The notes under the pieces: model-generated
What the model saw: only the letters and a program-made list of their open reading frames with translations
What the model was told of the DNA's origin: nothing
Databases searched by the model: none
Origin: Octopus vulgaris
Taxonomy: Eukaryota
Reading direction: 5' to 3'
Length of the DNA: 64,000 bases
Assembly (NCBI GenBank): GCA_951406725.2
Contig: OX597814.1
Location: 17,298,001-17,362,000 of the forward strand
Part shown: piece by piece, positions 26,046 through 40,701 of the stretch
Layout: each line of letters opens with the position of its first letter
How positions within the stretch are numbered: the first letter of the stretch is position 1
Translations under genes and position numbers: made by a program

Positions 26046-26385
26046 GCGCGGGGACATAGAAATAATCGGACTGAATACCCGATCGCGCGGTTAAACCATT
26101 GGGAGTGAAGGACTCCTAGACTTTGTTAGGGCATCCTTCTAGGAGAAGGTAACTCAGGTAACTGGGATAACTCCGACATAAAACCTGCGGCTCAGTGGTT
26201 ACCGATGATGTTGACTTGCTCTTCTTTTCGGATTATAGCTGCTGTTGCTTAGTGAGTGGGATTGACTCAGTGCACAGCCTTTCCTCACTTAAAAAAAATC
26301 TTCTTGCACAGGCATTGCACAATAACAACATTGATTAAGCTTCGTGCAATGGCCATACTCGATAACGAGGGGGCAGCCACCATGT
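26046..26385 (+). mobile_element. Probable non-autonomous RTE-related element (RTE 5'-UTR-like)
   Basis: GC-richer block between microsatellites containing gggcatccttctaggagaaggtaactc, similar to a motif I recall from RTE 5' UTRs. Confidence 0.5.
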
Positions 26386-26394
26386 ATATATAAA

Positions 26395-27187
26395 CAAGGT
26401 GGGATCGGTAAGATTTTAATTTATATTTTAATTTCACGCATGTGTATTGTTTATTTTTGATCGTGTCGTCTACACATCATAGTAAGTCCGTTGGGCACTG
26501 GGAGCAACATACTGTACTACTTGGCATTCACGTTAGAAGCTCCAATACGAATATTTGAGAGTGTTTGGGTGTCAATCTGAGGACACGTACCGAGAGTGAT
26601 AAAAATCAAACATCCACTCAACATCATAGTGTTTGGAATTATCAATAGTGATGGTGACGTTATGCCTCCGTTCATCTTTCCACACATCTTCAAACTCAAC
26701 ACGATGGTCTACATCATGTGCCTGGAGGCGGTAGTACTGCCCTGGGTTAAGAGGTGGATGCTGGAACAGCCAATGTTTGGAAACAGGACTCTGCACCATG
26801 CCACACAAGCAGGAGAACCCAGTCATGACTGCTAGACAATTTCTGCGACCACATCACCCCTAACTACCCAGATTGCAACCTCCTTGATTATTATGTGTGG
26901 GGCGCAGTTGAGCGAGAGACCAAAACAATCCTCGTAACACCAAAGATGAACTGAAGGCAAGGATTATGGCAGCATTCAGCAACTTAAAGAAGATCATCCA
27001 GAAGACTTGCAGAAGATTCCGAAGTCGTCTGGAGGCTGTGGTTGAAGACAATGGCGATTCTATTGAATACATTACTTTAGTATTTCAAGATATTTTATGC
27101 AATTTTGATAAATACATCTGTTAAAATGAGATGTCAGGGTTATTTTCAGTTTTGCGTAATTTAGATGTCTATACTCACCGCACTCTG
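26395..27187 (+). mobile_element. Internally deleted Tc1/mariner element (maT/DD37D-like)
   Basis: KHP..IVFG..SDGDVMPPFIF..LEAVVLPW..QDSAPCH..PDCNLLDYYVWGAVE..RLEAVVE.NG. Ends ..cactctg-TA. Confidence 0.85.
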
Positions 27188-27235
27188 TATACACATACGT
27201 AAATATACATTTATGTATGCATGTGTGTATGTATG

Positions 27236-27334
<99 letters not shown>

Positions 27335-27402
27335 TTATATAAAATTATGTATGTATGTAAGTATGTATGCATATATATATGTATTTGTATGTACATACTT
27401 AA

Positions 27403-27441
<39 letters not shown>

Positions 27442-27538
27442 CGGGAAGCTTTATGAAAATAAACAAAAAGACGAAGGCAGGTGGAAAACAAACGAACAAT
27501 TGTATTAGTATGGCGCTCAGGAAATATAAATAAAACAA
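27442..27538 (-). mobile_element. 3' tail of the 24311-type PLE repeat, without the HHR
   Basis: aaacaaaagacgaaggcaggtgg..tgtattagtat..cgctcaggaa, within (TA)n. Confidence 0.75.
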
Positions 27539-27559
27539 ATATATATATATATATATATA

Positions 27560-27961
27560 GGCACCAAAATTTAGATACAGATGAATATGGTACTTAAGTT
27601 AAAGGTACCAGAATTTGGCATGGTATTATCCATATAAATCAAATGGGGTGATTATAATCAAAATAAGCAACAAGGATATCCAAGGTAGTGTAGTACAATC
27701 GCTTCATGCTACTTCATTTTATTAAACAATGTATTACATCAGTTTTAAAATGTTAAGCAATCTTCAACCACATATAGAATTTTGAAAATTAAATGGGGTA
27801 ATGGACCTTTTACTAACTTAATGATAAAATTAACTCTCTGTCTATATATCTACCCTCTTTGCAATATTGACAAATGAAATAAATATAAAAATCTACATTG
27901 TCCATTTAATTTTTAAAATTCTATAAGTGGCTGAAGAGTGCTTTACATTTTAAAATTGATG
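27560..27961. mobile_element. PLE-type repeat with inverted repeat (27737-27796 / 27902-27961) and degenerate HHR on the - strand (27689-27772)
   Basis: Minus: tgtgg-TTGAAGA-ttgct..long loop..agcat-GAAG-cgattg-TA-ctaca. The + arm keeps gtgg-CTGAAGA-gtgct. Confidence 0.6.
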
Positions 27962-28073
27962 GAGCTTTAGGTGTTTTCGCTCAATAAACACTCACTACGT
28001 CCAGTCTGGGAATCGAAACCGTGATCCTACGACCGCGAGTCCGCTGCCCTAACCACTGGGCCATTGCGCCTCC
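27961..28073 (-). mobile_element. SINE family C head only
   Basis: Reverse of ggaggcgcaatggcccagtgg...cacctaaagctcc. Confidence 0.88.
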
Positions 28074-28169
28074 ACATGTTCTTGGAGTAACGTTCAATCG
28101 AGCAGCATTGAGTTTGGAGAGTAACATACAGATTGGAGACGAAAACATCGTATAATTTTGAAGGTTTAA

Positions 28170-28545
28170 TACTCTTTACTCTTTTACTCTTTTACTTGTT
28201 TCAGTCATTTGACTGCGGCCATGCTGGAGCACCGCCTTTAATCGAGCAACTCGACCCCGGGACTTATTCTTTGTAAGCCCAGTACTTATTCTATCGGTCT
28301 CTTTTGCCGAACCGCTAAGTGACGGGGACATAAACACACCAGCATCGGTTGTCAAGCAATGCTAGGGGGACAAACACAGACACACAAATATACACGCTTC
28401 TTTCAGTTTCCGTCTACCAAATCCACTCACAAGGCTTTGGTCGGCCCGAGGCTAGAGTAGAAGACACTTGCCCAAGGTGCCACGCAGTGGGACTGAACCC
28501 GGAACCATGTGGTTGGTAAGCAAGCTACTTACCACACAGCTACTC
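28170..28545 (-). mobile_element. SINE family A
   Basis: Collinear with the 6521 copy; short internal microsatellite. Confidence 0.92.
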
Positions 28546-29661
28546 TCTTTATTCGAGAAATATCGATACGTTGCTTCAGAAGTTTGAAACGACCATCACC
28601 AATATTGCTTCATACACTTATGTTTGTTGCCAAGCAAAATACTTTTAACTGATGGTTGAATAACAAACAAAGAACTGCTTTGGAAAGGAAACAATAATCA
28701 ATAGTACTCGATCTTAAATGAACAGCTACTTAAGAACACAATTGTCGTATGGTATAAACTACTATACAACATTGCTGAAGAATCCAGTGTTATAATATAA
28801 ATTCTTTCCCTTACTGCAAAACGCTTCTTGTATTGTGATTAATCAAGTAAGCTGATTAAATAACATCAAAGTGAGGTACAACTGCGAAGAAAACGTGCGT
28901 TATACTGCAAAAAGTATTTGTTACTTAGTGCGTAGGGAGCTGACATATAGCTACTGAAACATGGATTCTGCTTCTTAAAGATCAAGCACTTGCAACACAT
29001 CAAGCACCCATAATGCGGCTTACAAAAAGCTATATCTAAAGACAACAAACAATAGAACGATATGTCTTTCATTCCTCAAAACCTGGAAAACAACACATGC
29101 CTTTCAAGGATGTTTGGAAATAGTGAGAAAAAGGAGAAACCGAAAGTGACTCATGAATATCATAGTTCAGACCAATAAGAACAGATCAAAACGTGACAAT
29201 ATTTGCCCCCGGAAACACCACCATGTTTCTGACCACCATTTTCAGTCTTAAACAAAATAATTTTATACTAAACTTGTTTTTCTGGAAAGACTCTCTCACC
29301 TCCGATGTTTAGCAGACAGCAACCGGTGATCTACACCGCTTAACTACCGACGTACACTCATGATATGATTTTCCAGTTCCGTACAGAAAAGGTCGACCAA
29401 TGTACTAAGTACAAAAAAAAAAGACAAAAAACAAAAGAAAAAAAATGCACTGCAAGACTATTTAATCCGTATTTATATTATAGGAATACATAATAGAGAA
29501 CGTTCCACTCACCCAAGTTTTATAGAGTACTTTAACATATGCGCGCGAACGCACAAACACACGCATATAGCTGTATGTATGTTTTGTGGATGTATATATA
29601 TATAAATATATATATAAGTATATATATATAAATATACATACATATATATATATATATAAAT

Positions 29662-29700
<39 letters not shown>

Positions 29701-29985
29701 CACACACACACACACATACACATACACACATGTTCTCTCTCTCACTTCCTCCTCATCCACCTCACCCTCTTATACTGTCTTGTTCCTCTCCACTACTACG
29801 AAACTCTATAAAATGATCAAATTCCCCACAAAGGAATTAATTTGATTTGAAAACCCCACTAGAATGGGAGAAAGCGCTAATAATCTGAATGATATGATAT
29901 ATATATGTAAAAAATGTAATATATAAATAAATATCTACAAATATGAACCATCCGATCTTCTGATTACCTCATTTCTTCTAATATA

Positions 29986-30100
<115 letters not shown>

Positions 30101-31729
30101 ATATATGTACTTATGCATATATTCGCAAACGTAATTGTTTAGTCAACATTTAAATTATTCCCATTCAAGCCGATGTAAAACAGTACAGCCGTTATTTACT
30201 TTGGCATTGGTTATCTAATCCTCATGCACTATTTATCCAACTGATACTACTCAGTTTTCAATAACTACGAGTGCTTCTACATAAGAGTTTATATGTGTTT
30301 GGGTGCATATCACTCCAGTCCTTAACATTTTCAGACATTTCACGTTTCTCTCTCTCTCTCTCTCGCTCTCCCTTTTCTCTCTCCCCACTCTCTTTCTTCC
30401 TCTTTCTCTCTCCCTGCCTCTCTTTCTTTCACTTTCTCTTTTATTATGTGTGTATGAGTTGAGTCTTTCGGCGTAGTTTCTAAATATCCGCATAGAAATG
30501 AAATTGTTTGCAATCTTAGAATGGAACACTTTGCGTCAATTTTTTTTTTCTGCATCGCGTTTCATATACTCTTTTGTAAGTCAGGATGTCAGAAACGTGG
30601 TGCACTAATAACTGACCGGCTGGAAGGAAATATGTAACCGTTTACACTATAGATTAGCAAATCGGATATGATATGAAATCATATATGTATGTATGTATGT
30701 ATATACGCATGCGTCTATGTATGCATGCATTTATGTATGTATGAATATTTGTATGTATATACTAACACATATACACATACATACATATTTATAAATATTA
30801 GTTTTCATTAAAAGTTATAGAAGACGTACTCATAGTTATTAGTAAAGTAAATCTTTATTAAGCCTTTACAAGAGGGATGACTGTGGTTTCGATTTTTTGT
30901 TTTGCTAATTTTCGTGTACAGATACACTCACACAAACTTCTTTTCTCATAAATGTATGTATGTATGTATGTATGTATGCACACACATGCAACTCACAATT
31001 ATCACACAGATATGTGTGCGTTCGTGTGCGCGAGTGTATATGTATGTATATATATATATAATATAAATAATATATAAATATATGCATATATACATACCTA
31101 CATATATATATGTATATATACACGCATATACGACTAAAGGACATCGAAAAATAATGATGAACACAATGAGAAACGAAAACAGAAAAACAAAAACATAGGA
31201 ACGAATTTTGGGGAGGAACAACGAAAAAAATAAACAGAGAAACGAGACATGTAACATAAAGAATATTCCCCTTCTTCAGTTGTCCCTGTTTCATCTACTC
31301 CGCATTTCGAAGGCAAATATAATATTAGAATTAATACATGTCATGATAATGCATTTTTCTATATTTTCTATATTTAATTAGTTTTCCGGTTGTTTGACTG
31401 GATGTGTGTGTATGGACTTTGGTGAATATGTGCGAGTGTGGATGCGTTATTGTTTAAATAGCTATTGGATGGTTGTATGTACGTGCATATATGCCAGTGT
31501 GTGTGTTTGCATTTTTCTAAATTATGTTACGTAAAAACAATTTTTGGTAACTTCAATGTAACATAATTGCGCGCGCACACACGTATAAATATAGGTAGAT
31601 AGGTAGGTAGAATGTGGAATGAAAAATATGTGCGTTGTGATAAAACGGTGTGAAACATTGCTCTTAAGCTCAAAAGTGTGTAGTATTTTCATATCAATCC
31701 AAAGGATCAGAATAACTATACTCAAACAA

Positions 31730-31980
31730 CTCTTTTATTCTTCCATTCGTTTCAGTCTTTGAGTGCGGCCATGCTGGGGTACCGTCTTGAATACTTTTAT
31801 GTGAATCAATCGACTCCAGTAATTAATTGCTTTTGCAAAGCCTCGTATTTATTCTATCGGTCTCTTTTAAATAACCACTATGTTACGGAGACATAAACAC
31901 ACTAACACCGGTTGACAAGTGGTGGTGGGGGACGAACACAGACACAAAGACACATGCAGAGACACACACACATACATACA
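31730..31980 (-). mobile_element. SINE family A 3' half
   Basis: gtttcagtc..gcggccatgctgggg..tattctatcggtctctttt..acaccggttg. Confidence 0.8.
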
Positions 31981-31987
31981 CAAGTGT

Positions 31988-32369
31988 GGAGGCGCAATGG
32001 CCCAGTGGTTAGGGCAGCGGACTCGCGGTCATAGGATCGCGGTTTCAATTTCCAGACCGGGCGTTGTGCGTGTTTATTGAGCGAAAACACCTAAAAGCTC
32101 CACAAGGCTCCGGCAGGGGATGGTGGTGATCTTTGCTGTACTCTTTCACCACAACTTTCTCTCACTCTTACTTCGTGTTTCTGTTGTACCTGTATTTCAA
32201 GGGGCCGGCCTTGTCACTCTCTGTGTCACGCTGAATATCCCCGAGAACTACGTTAAGGGTGCACGTGTCTGTGGAGTGCTCAGCCACTTACACGTTAATT
32301 TCACGAGCAGGCTGTTCCGTTGATTCGGATCAACCGGAACCCTCGTCGTCGTAACCGACGGAGTGCTTC
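31988..32369 (+). mobile_element. SINE family C, full length
   Basis: Collinear with the 11983 and 49754 copies. Confidence 0.93.
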
Positions 32370-32940
32370 TACTCCAAGAACAATAATTTCCGACTCATTT
32401 TTTTTTATAAGTTTCCAGGTCGTAGTTTTTATAACATTCATTTCTGAAAACATTCTAATTACATTCATTTCTCCCAATTCTCATTACATTTCAGTGTGAC
32501 TAAAGAGGGTTAAAAACTAGATTCTCTTCTTGAAGTAAAATATATTTAAAAATAAAAATAATAAATGAAAACCGAGACAAAACAAGCTGAAGAAACAAAA
32601 ACTAAAACAGAAGAAGTCTATACGATGAAAGAAACTAGAATGAAATCTGTTGTACGATATGAAGAGAAGACACCGGCTTCAAACAGTTTATAATTTCTGA
32701 CAAGAAATTCAATCTTGTTGGCTGTCTGCTTGGAATTCAGTTTGCTTTACTCCACCTGCTGCTCCTTTTTTCTAGTTTATCTTCCCATTACTTCTTATTC
32801 TTCTTCCTAGAATATGTCGGGGTCTATTCTTGTCCATCACTGTAGCTTTCTTTAGTTACTTTTTTGTCTTTCTATTTTTACTTTCTCATGTTGAACATTT
32901 TTTATTTTTACTCTCTCTCTCTCTCTCTTTCTCTCTCTCA

Positions 32941-32988
<48 letters not shown>

Positions 32989-33674
32989 CACTTTCTTTCA
33001 GTCTCTGTCGCAACTCTTTCATCTCTGATTCTTCTTTTCATTTATTTTATTCATATTATCTGTACCTTCCTTAAAAACGTTCATCCTTTCTATAACCCCT
33101 TTCTATCTCACTTTCTCTCTCTTTTCTTTCTATATTCGGATATTACCTAAACACTCTCTTCTCTCCCCTATACCAGTCTTCTTCCTTCCCTATCCCAACC
33201 CTCTCTCTCTCTCTCTACAAGAATTTCTTAATTTTTACTATCACTTTGCCCTTTCTAAATTCGCTTCTACTTCTCTTACTTGTCTTCGCTATCTAAATTT
33301 TAGATGTCGTGTAAACATTAAACACGCGCATAGTTACACATACACACACATACACAAACACACACACACACACGCACACATGCACATACACACACAGACG
33401 CATAAACAAACAGACACACACATGCACACATTCACAGACAATTACACTGATTTTTACACACACGTTCAACAGTACATGAAACACACTATAAAATTATTTT
33501 TCTTTCTATTGTTTTCTAATGTTAACTATATTTCAGCTAACACACTATTATATTTTGCTTTCTTTATATTTACCTTCGCTTCATTGATCCCCTTCTGCCT
33601 CATATTCCTCTCATTTTTATATAATCCTCATCACCCTATCTCATTCTCTACCGACCTCTCTTTTTTCTTCCTGT

Positions 33675-33731
<57 letters not shown>

Positions 33732-34049
33732 CTCCTCTTTTTCGCCTCTTCTTCTTCTCCTCCTTCTCTTTCTCCTTCGCACTTTTTTTTCTTTGTTGTT
33801 TTTGTTTTCTTATTTTCTGTCTTTTTGTAGTTGTTGCAGCTTGGGTGGCGAACTCCTTGACTGATAGAAAAAAAGAAAGCCGGGAAGAGAAAAGATTAAA
33901 GAAAAAAAAGAAAGAAAAAAAAGCAAACCGAAAATACAAACGCACGCATACGCACACACACATACATGCATCCACACATACGCTCGCACACACGCGCACA
34001 TACACACACACACACACAGATACAGATTAACAACAACAAAATTAGTAAC

Positions 34050-34090
<41 letters not shown>

Positions 34091-34097
34091 CAACAAC

Positions 34098-34182
<85 letters not shown>

Positions 34183-34438
34183 GCAATAACTCAACTTCTA
34201 ACAGCAAGCACAACGAAGAACAAGGCAAAAAATCACTTTGACTGAAAAACATGCGCTTATATGACATAAGGGAAAGTCGAAGAAAGGTACACAGAAGTAT
34301 TTCCAACAATTTCAACGGTCTAGGTATATATGCTTCTTATACAAATACATATCGAGCACTCAGATATTAAAAAAAAAACTACTTTCAAAAGCATCGGTGC
34401 CTGTGTTTGATCGCGTGAGTGGTGTATATTTATGGGAT

Positions 34439-34745
34439 GGAAGCACTCTGTCGGTTACGACGACGAGGGTTCCGGTTGATCTGATCAACGGAACAGCCTG
34501 CTCGTGAAATTAACGTGTAAGTGGCTGAGCACTCCACAGACACGTGTACCCTTAACGTAGTTCTCGGGGATATTCAGCGTGACACAGAGAGTGTCAAGGC
34601 CGGCCCTTTGAAATACAGGTACAACAGAAACAGGAAGTAAGAGTGAGAGAAAGTTGTGGTGAAAGAGTACTGCAGGGATCACCACCATCCCCTGCCGGAG
34701 CCTCGTGGAGCTTTAGGTGTTTTCGCTCAATAAACACTCACAATG
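34439..34745 (-). mobile_element. SINE family C, 5'-truncated
   Basis: Reverse of the family C body and tail. Confidence 0.9.
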
Positions 34746-34894
34746 TATATTTATATGTATGTAAGCATACCTATATACTGGATTGGATTGGATTGCCTGT
34801 ATTCAGTTCACTGCAGGACGAAGGCCTTAGTATGCTCTATCCACCAAACACAGTTCGGTATGGAAGCTGTGAATTTGAACTTGAGAGTATACTA

Positions 34895-35040
34895 GTGTAA
34901 GGTGAACTTGCAGAATCGTTAGCACACTGGGTAAAATACTTAGAGGTATTTGTCCGTCTTTGTGTACTGATTTCGAACCTTTCGGGGTCGGTAATATAAG
35001 CACCAGTTGAGATCTGAGGTCGATGTAATCAACTTAACTA
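34895..35040 (+). mobile_element. SINE family B fragment
   Basis: gcagaatcgttagcacactgg..cctttcggggtcg..ggtcgatgtaatc. Confidence 0.75.
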
Positions 35041-35603
35041 CTATAGCTGCTCTCCCTTGCCAAACCACGGCGTGCCAGTGTGACAGAGTAGGCTCATCAA
35101 ATTAGTATGATCTCAAGTTCAAAAATACACATACATACTTGCATACATACATACATACATACATACATACATACATACATACATACATACATGCATGCAT
35201 ACATACATACATACATACATACATACATACATACATACATACATAAGTACGTACGTACATACGTACATGCTGTTATAAATAGGAGGTATGTATATGGGTA
35301 TGTCTATATGTATGTACGTTTATAACTTACTAAGTGTTAGTAAGTATCTTTAAGCAATACAGTTGAGGATGTAACCAATATATGTAATGACACGTCAATT
35401 AATGATAGTAATGAGAAAATATATTGTATTCCATTCCACGCGTTAATTCAGAGATAGTAAAATATTTCGGAAAAAGAATCTCCTTTTCAAACTAAAGGCA
35501 GTATGTAAATAAAGACTTTGAAGAAATACATTTTTACTTACAAGAATGATCTGATAACACTACATTTCTCTGAGAATTTTTGTTATTTTTCTTCCGTTTG
35601 AAA

Positions 35604-36011
35604 TACTCTCTTACTCTTTTACTCTTTTACTTGTTTCAGTCATTTGACTGCGGCCATGCTGGGGCACTGCCTTTAGTCGAGTAAATCAACCCCGGGACTT
35701 ATTCTTTGTAAGCCCAGTACTTATTCTATCGAACTATTTTTGCCGAACCGCTAAATGACGGGGACGTAAACACACCAGCATCGGTTGTCAAGCAATGCTA
35801 GGGATTCAAACACACACACACACATATATACATATATATACATATGTACGACAGGCTTCTATCAGTTTCCGTCTACCAAATCCACTCACAAGGCATTGGT
35901 CGGCCCGGGACTATAGCAGAAGACACTTGCCCAAGATGCCACGCATTGGGACTGAACCCGGAACCATGTGGTTGGTTAGCAAGCTACTTACCACACAGCC
36001 ACTCCTGCGCC
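35604..36011 (-). mobile_element. SINE family A, full length
   Basis: Collinear with the 6521 copy. Confidence 0.92.
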
Positions 36012-36404
36012 TATCTACGTAAAAAAATTTAATATATCTTTCTTATCTGTTTGCACCCATCAACGTCATCTTGCATATTTTGCATTGCTCAAATGTCTAT
36101 TACAGTACGTCACGTCTCACACGCTATCCCTTTCTCAGAGTTTACATCTCTTCATGGTACTTTTCACCCATCTCAAAGTTTCTTTCAACTCGTATTAATC
36201 CAATCACTCTTACCTTTACTCACTACTGCTGCTCAGAGTTTCCAGATGCTCAAGTATTTTCCTTATTGTTCATACCGACAACTGCCCCGAGTATTTGAAT
36301 AAGATACGGCCGGACAATTGAACAGAGTCTTAGTAATATTGAAACAATTTTAGAGCAATAAATATTTTATTTGCGTAATGATATATTGTTAAAATGCATA
36401 TAAC

Positions 36405-36446
<42 letters not shown>

Positions 36447-36684
36447 ACACAGTATACACACACGCCAAAAGTGTTCACAAAGAAACAGCAAATATATAAA
36501 TATATATTTTTATATATCGGTAAAAATATTGACTCTAATATAAAAATATAAAAACATATAAAATCGAAACTTTAACAAAATAAAATATTAATATAAAAAA
36601 ATATTACTTAAGTACTTAATGCATATGAATGTGTTTGTGTGCAGCTCTGTGTGTATACGTGCCAGAATGTATACGTGTATGTGT

Positions 36685-36722
<38 letters not shown>

Positions 36723-37439
36723 GCGCGCGCGCATATTTATCATACTGTATCAGTTTAAATTTGCTTATGATTTCAAAGGTTGAATTACCCCATAAATCAA
36801 TGTAATCATTCAATAATGAACATTATTCTTGTGAATTGTAGTTGTTCTGTTCCATTACAGATTAGAGATTAGTTGCATCAGACATGGTGGAAACAGAATG
36901 ACCAATAGCTTTCCCATAATACGACGTACAACAACGATGTAATGCAACAATACCATATAATACAATAATATAACACAGCACAATAATATAAATATGTATC
37001 GTCGAGACTATATTGATATGTTGATATAGATATCATGACGCAATGGATTTACTGTCGAGTAGCATGTACTGAACGCATAAACTCGAATGAATTAACCATC
37101 TGAAAGTGATATGAAAGACGGGCAATATAAAAATTGATTTCATGGAGTGACGTCTTTACTCTAGTTTTAGTAATTCTTTCTCTTGTCCATCTCTCCTCAT
37201 CTCTATTTAGAATCCACCTCTTTCCCTCACTTCATCTCGCTCTCACTCTTTCTCTGTATACGTGAACATAAGCTTACAGATAAACATCTTCAAATATATA
37301 TGAATTCCCTTATGAGTGTGGCTATAAATTTTATTATAAATATCAATACAATTTATTCTATGCTTTATAAATACATAAAAATGAATAAATAGACGTAACA
37401 TCGACAAGTGTATAAAAACAGTTCTTTTCGGACGAACGA

Positions 37440-37740
37440 TATTCCGGATACGATCCAATTGCATGGCACCTTGAACAAGGATCGATAGGAAGGCTGTGAG
37501 TCGAGCCAAACCATGTAAGTGAGACTAGGTAGCAGGAAACTGTACGGAAGCCTGTTCGATGGATTGCATTGGCAAATCATAGTTCCAAGGAGGCCGAACT
37601 GTGTCACGCTGGTTCTAGTAGAGAACTACATGAAGGGTTCTCATGTCCGTGGAATACTTATCCACGTGCATTTCAATTCAATGGCCATTTACTTTCAGTT
37701 GATTGAACAACTAAATGATCATTATCGAAAGCAACGGGGA
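37440..37740 (+). mobile_element. Old SINE with family A-like middle and family C-like tail
   Basis: gcatggcaccttgaacaag..ggaaactg..gaagcc, then gtgtcacgctg..gagaactac..aaggg. Confidence 0.55.
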
Positions 37741-37762
37741 TCTATTATTACTTATAATAATA

Positions 37763-38105
37763 GGAGCACTCCGTCGGTTGCGACGATGAGGGTCCCAGCT
37801 GATACGATCAACGGAACAGCTTGCTCGTGATATTAACGTGTAAGTGGCTGAGCACTCCACAGACACGTGTACCCTTAACGTAGTTCTCGAGGAGATTCAG
37901 CGTGACACACAGAATGTGACAAGGCTGGCCCTTTGAAATACAGGTACAAGAGAAACAGGAAGAAAGAGTGAGAGAAAGTTGTGGTGAAAGAGTACAACAG
38001 GGGTCGCCACCATCCCCTGCCGGAGCCTCGTGGAGCTTTTAGGTGTTTTCGCTCAATAAACACTCACAATGCCCGGTCTGGGAATCGAAACCGCGATCCT
38101 CCGAC
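37763..38105 (-). mobile_element. SINE family C, lacking the first ~35 nt
   Basis: Reverse of the family C consensus. Confidence 0.9.
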
Positions 38106-38507
38106 TAGTGTGCCAAGCCGAGAGAGCCTTATGAATGGATTTGGATGACGGAAGCTGAAAGAATCCCATCGTCTATATGTGTGGGTATGAGTGTGTGCAT
38201 CTATGTGTTTGTTTTTGCTCCCACCACCCCTTTAAAGACGGTGTTGGTTAGGAAAAGAAGACAGAGAAATATAAGTGCCGGGCTTTTAAAATGTACAGGG
38301 ATTAATTCATTCAGCTAAAACACTTCAAAGCATTGTCTCAAGATGGCCGTAGACCAATGACTGAAATAGTAAATTGATAAAAGATATGTATGGAAGGTAT
38401 ATCCAATGTTCAGTGAAAGGACCTCAGTGCTGGGAATCAAAGCTTTTCAGCTTTTACGCCCGCGCGCAAACACACACACATACACACACATACGAAGAGG
38501 AGAGAAA

Positions 38508-39055
38508 TGGATAACTTTCTTTATTGGCCACACAGGGCTGAACATAGAGGGGACAAATACAATGTAGAGCTTTTCTTTTCGAAGTGGTGGGGGGCGGAAA
38601 TAAAATGAAATATAATAACAAAATTAAGGACAACGATCAAAAGGGATCGAAATCGTTTGGGATATATACAAAAAAGTCGAAATAATACAAAAAGTTCCCA
38701 AAAGATGGGGAGGTTTATCTGTGGAAAGAAAAACCTACGAAAAGACCACGGTAACCCTGGGCAATAATGTCACATATTAACACATTTATTTACAAATAAG
38801 TAACTCTCTGTTCTAATTTTTTTTTTTCCGGTTCATAGGATTATGCTAAAGGTGGCTTCGTCATTCGCACGTGCCATCCTTGCTACATTCACCCATCCTT
38901 TTTTGAAACATTCGCTAGACAAAGCTTGCATCTTTACTGTCTCCTTCCTTTTCAAGTGATACTTGAAAACGTTGATGAGAGATTGACCAGAGAGGAAAGT
39001 GTTTGTCTCTAATCCTTTCAGACGTGTCCACCAGATACATTATTTCGCCAAAGAT
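38508..39055 (-). mobile_element. L1/Tx1-clade LINE 3' end
   Basis: Minus: LAK*CIWWTRLKGLETNTFLSGQSLINVFKYHLKRK..FKKGW fits the Tx1 'AK..IW..R...F...W' tail. The 3' UTR ends in ccaataaag. Confidence 0.7.
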
Positions 39056-39612
39056 ACTTAGATAGACGGTGTGTGTGTGTGTGTGGAGGGGTGTAGATAT
39101 ACACACACAGTTACCACATACATATTGATTTATGTACATACGTGTGTGGTTGTATATGTGTGAATATAGATTATGGAAAAACTTAGAAAGGAGTTTAAAG
39201 ATGTCTCATTGAATGTTTGATTCGTTCAAAAGGACCAATATAAGAAAGAAGTCGTCCAACATCAGAATATTTAATAATATGAAGATATTCAAGGTCCTCG
39301 TTATGATCTGTCAAAAATTCATTGACTCTCAGAAGACACATATGTGTAATGAAATGTGTATGCATGTGTGTATGTATGTATGTATGTATGTATGTATGTA
39401 TATGCATGCATGTTTGCAGGTATGTTTGCATGTATGCATTTCCAAGTATATCTGTTTATATATAGATATATATGTTTATATATGTGTGTTTGTATACTCC
39501 TATAAAGACGGATATATATGCATATTTGCATAACTATTTTTATACACACACAAATATATACGGCTATATCAATATGCACACACACATACATGCACACACA
39601 CACACATATATA

Positions 39613-39658
<46 letters not shown>

Positions 39659-39731
39659 ATGATACTGATATATATTGATATTAATATAGTTTCATACACG
39701 TATAGGTAGACAGTCAGATAGATAGACAGTC

Positions 39732-39824
<93 letters not shown>

Positions 39825-40159
39825 TATGCATAAGCATTGCACTTGCACACAGCAGGCCTGAATGTTTGAAATGGCGACAGGAAAGAAACAATTTTTTAAG
39901 TAACAACAGCGTCAGTTACAATTGTGACGCCATTACCACAACGAAAAATCACAATAACAACAACAACAACAACAACAAATGAAATGACAAATGCAAAAAT
40001 GTAAAATCAGTGACAACATCAAAATAAAAATGAAATACGTAGAAATAGAAGAGAAATGTTGATGCGATGATATAATTAATGGCGACGATGACAATGACAC
40101 AATGGTAATCATCATCTTCATCATCATCATCATCATCATCATCACGTCATCAGCAACTT

Positions 40160-40691
<532 letters not shown>

Positions 40692-40701
40692 TCTATGCGT
40701 A

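Noticed and set aside
31240-31315. CTGAAGA and GAAA on the minus strand as a type II hammerhead
   Set aside because: Stems I and III do not pair.
32565-32695. Short ORF MKTETKQAEETKTKTEEVY..
   Set aside because: About 42 aa in A-rich sequence, with no splice signals or recognisable domain.
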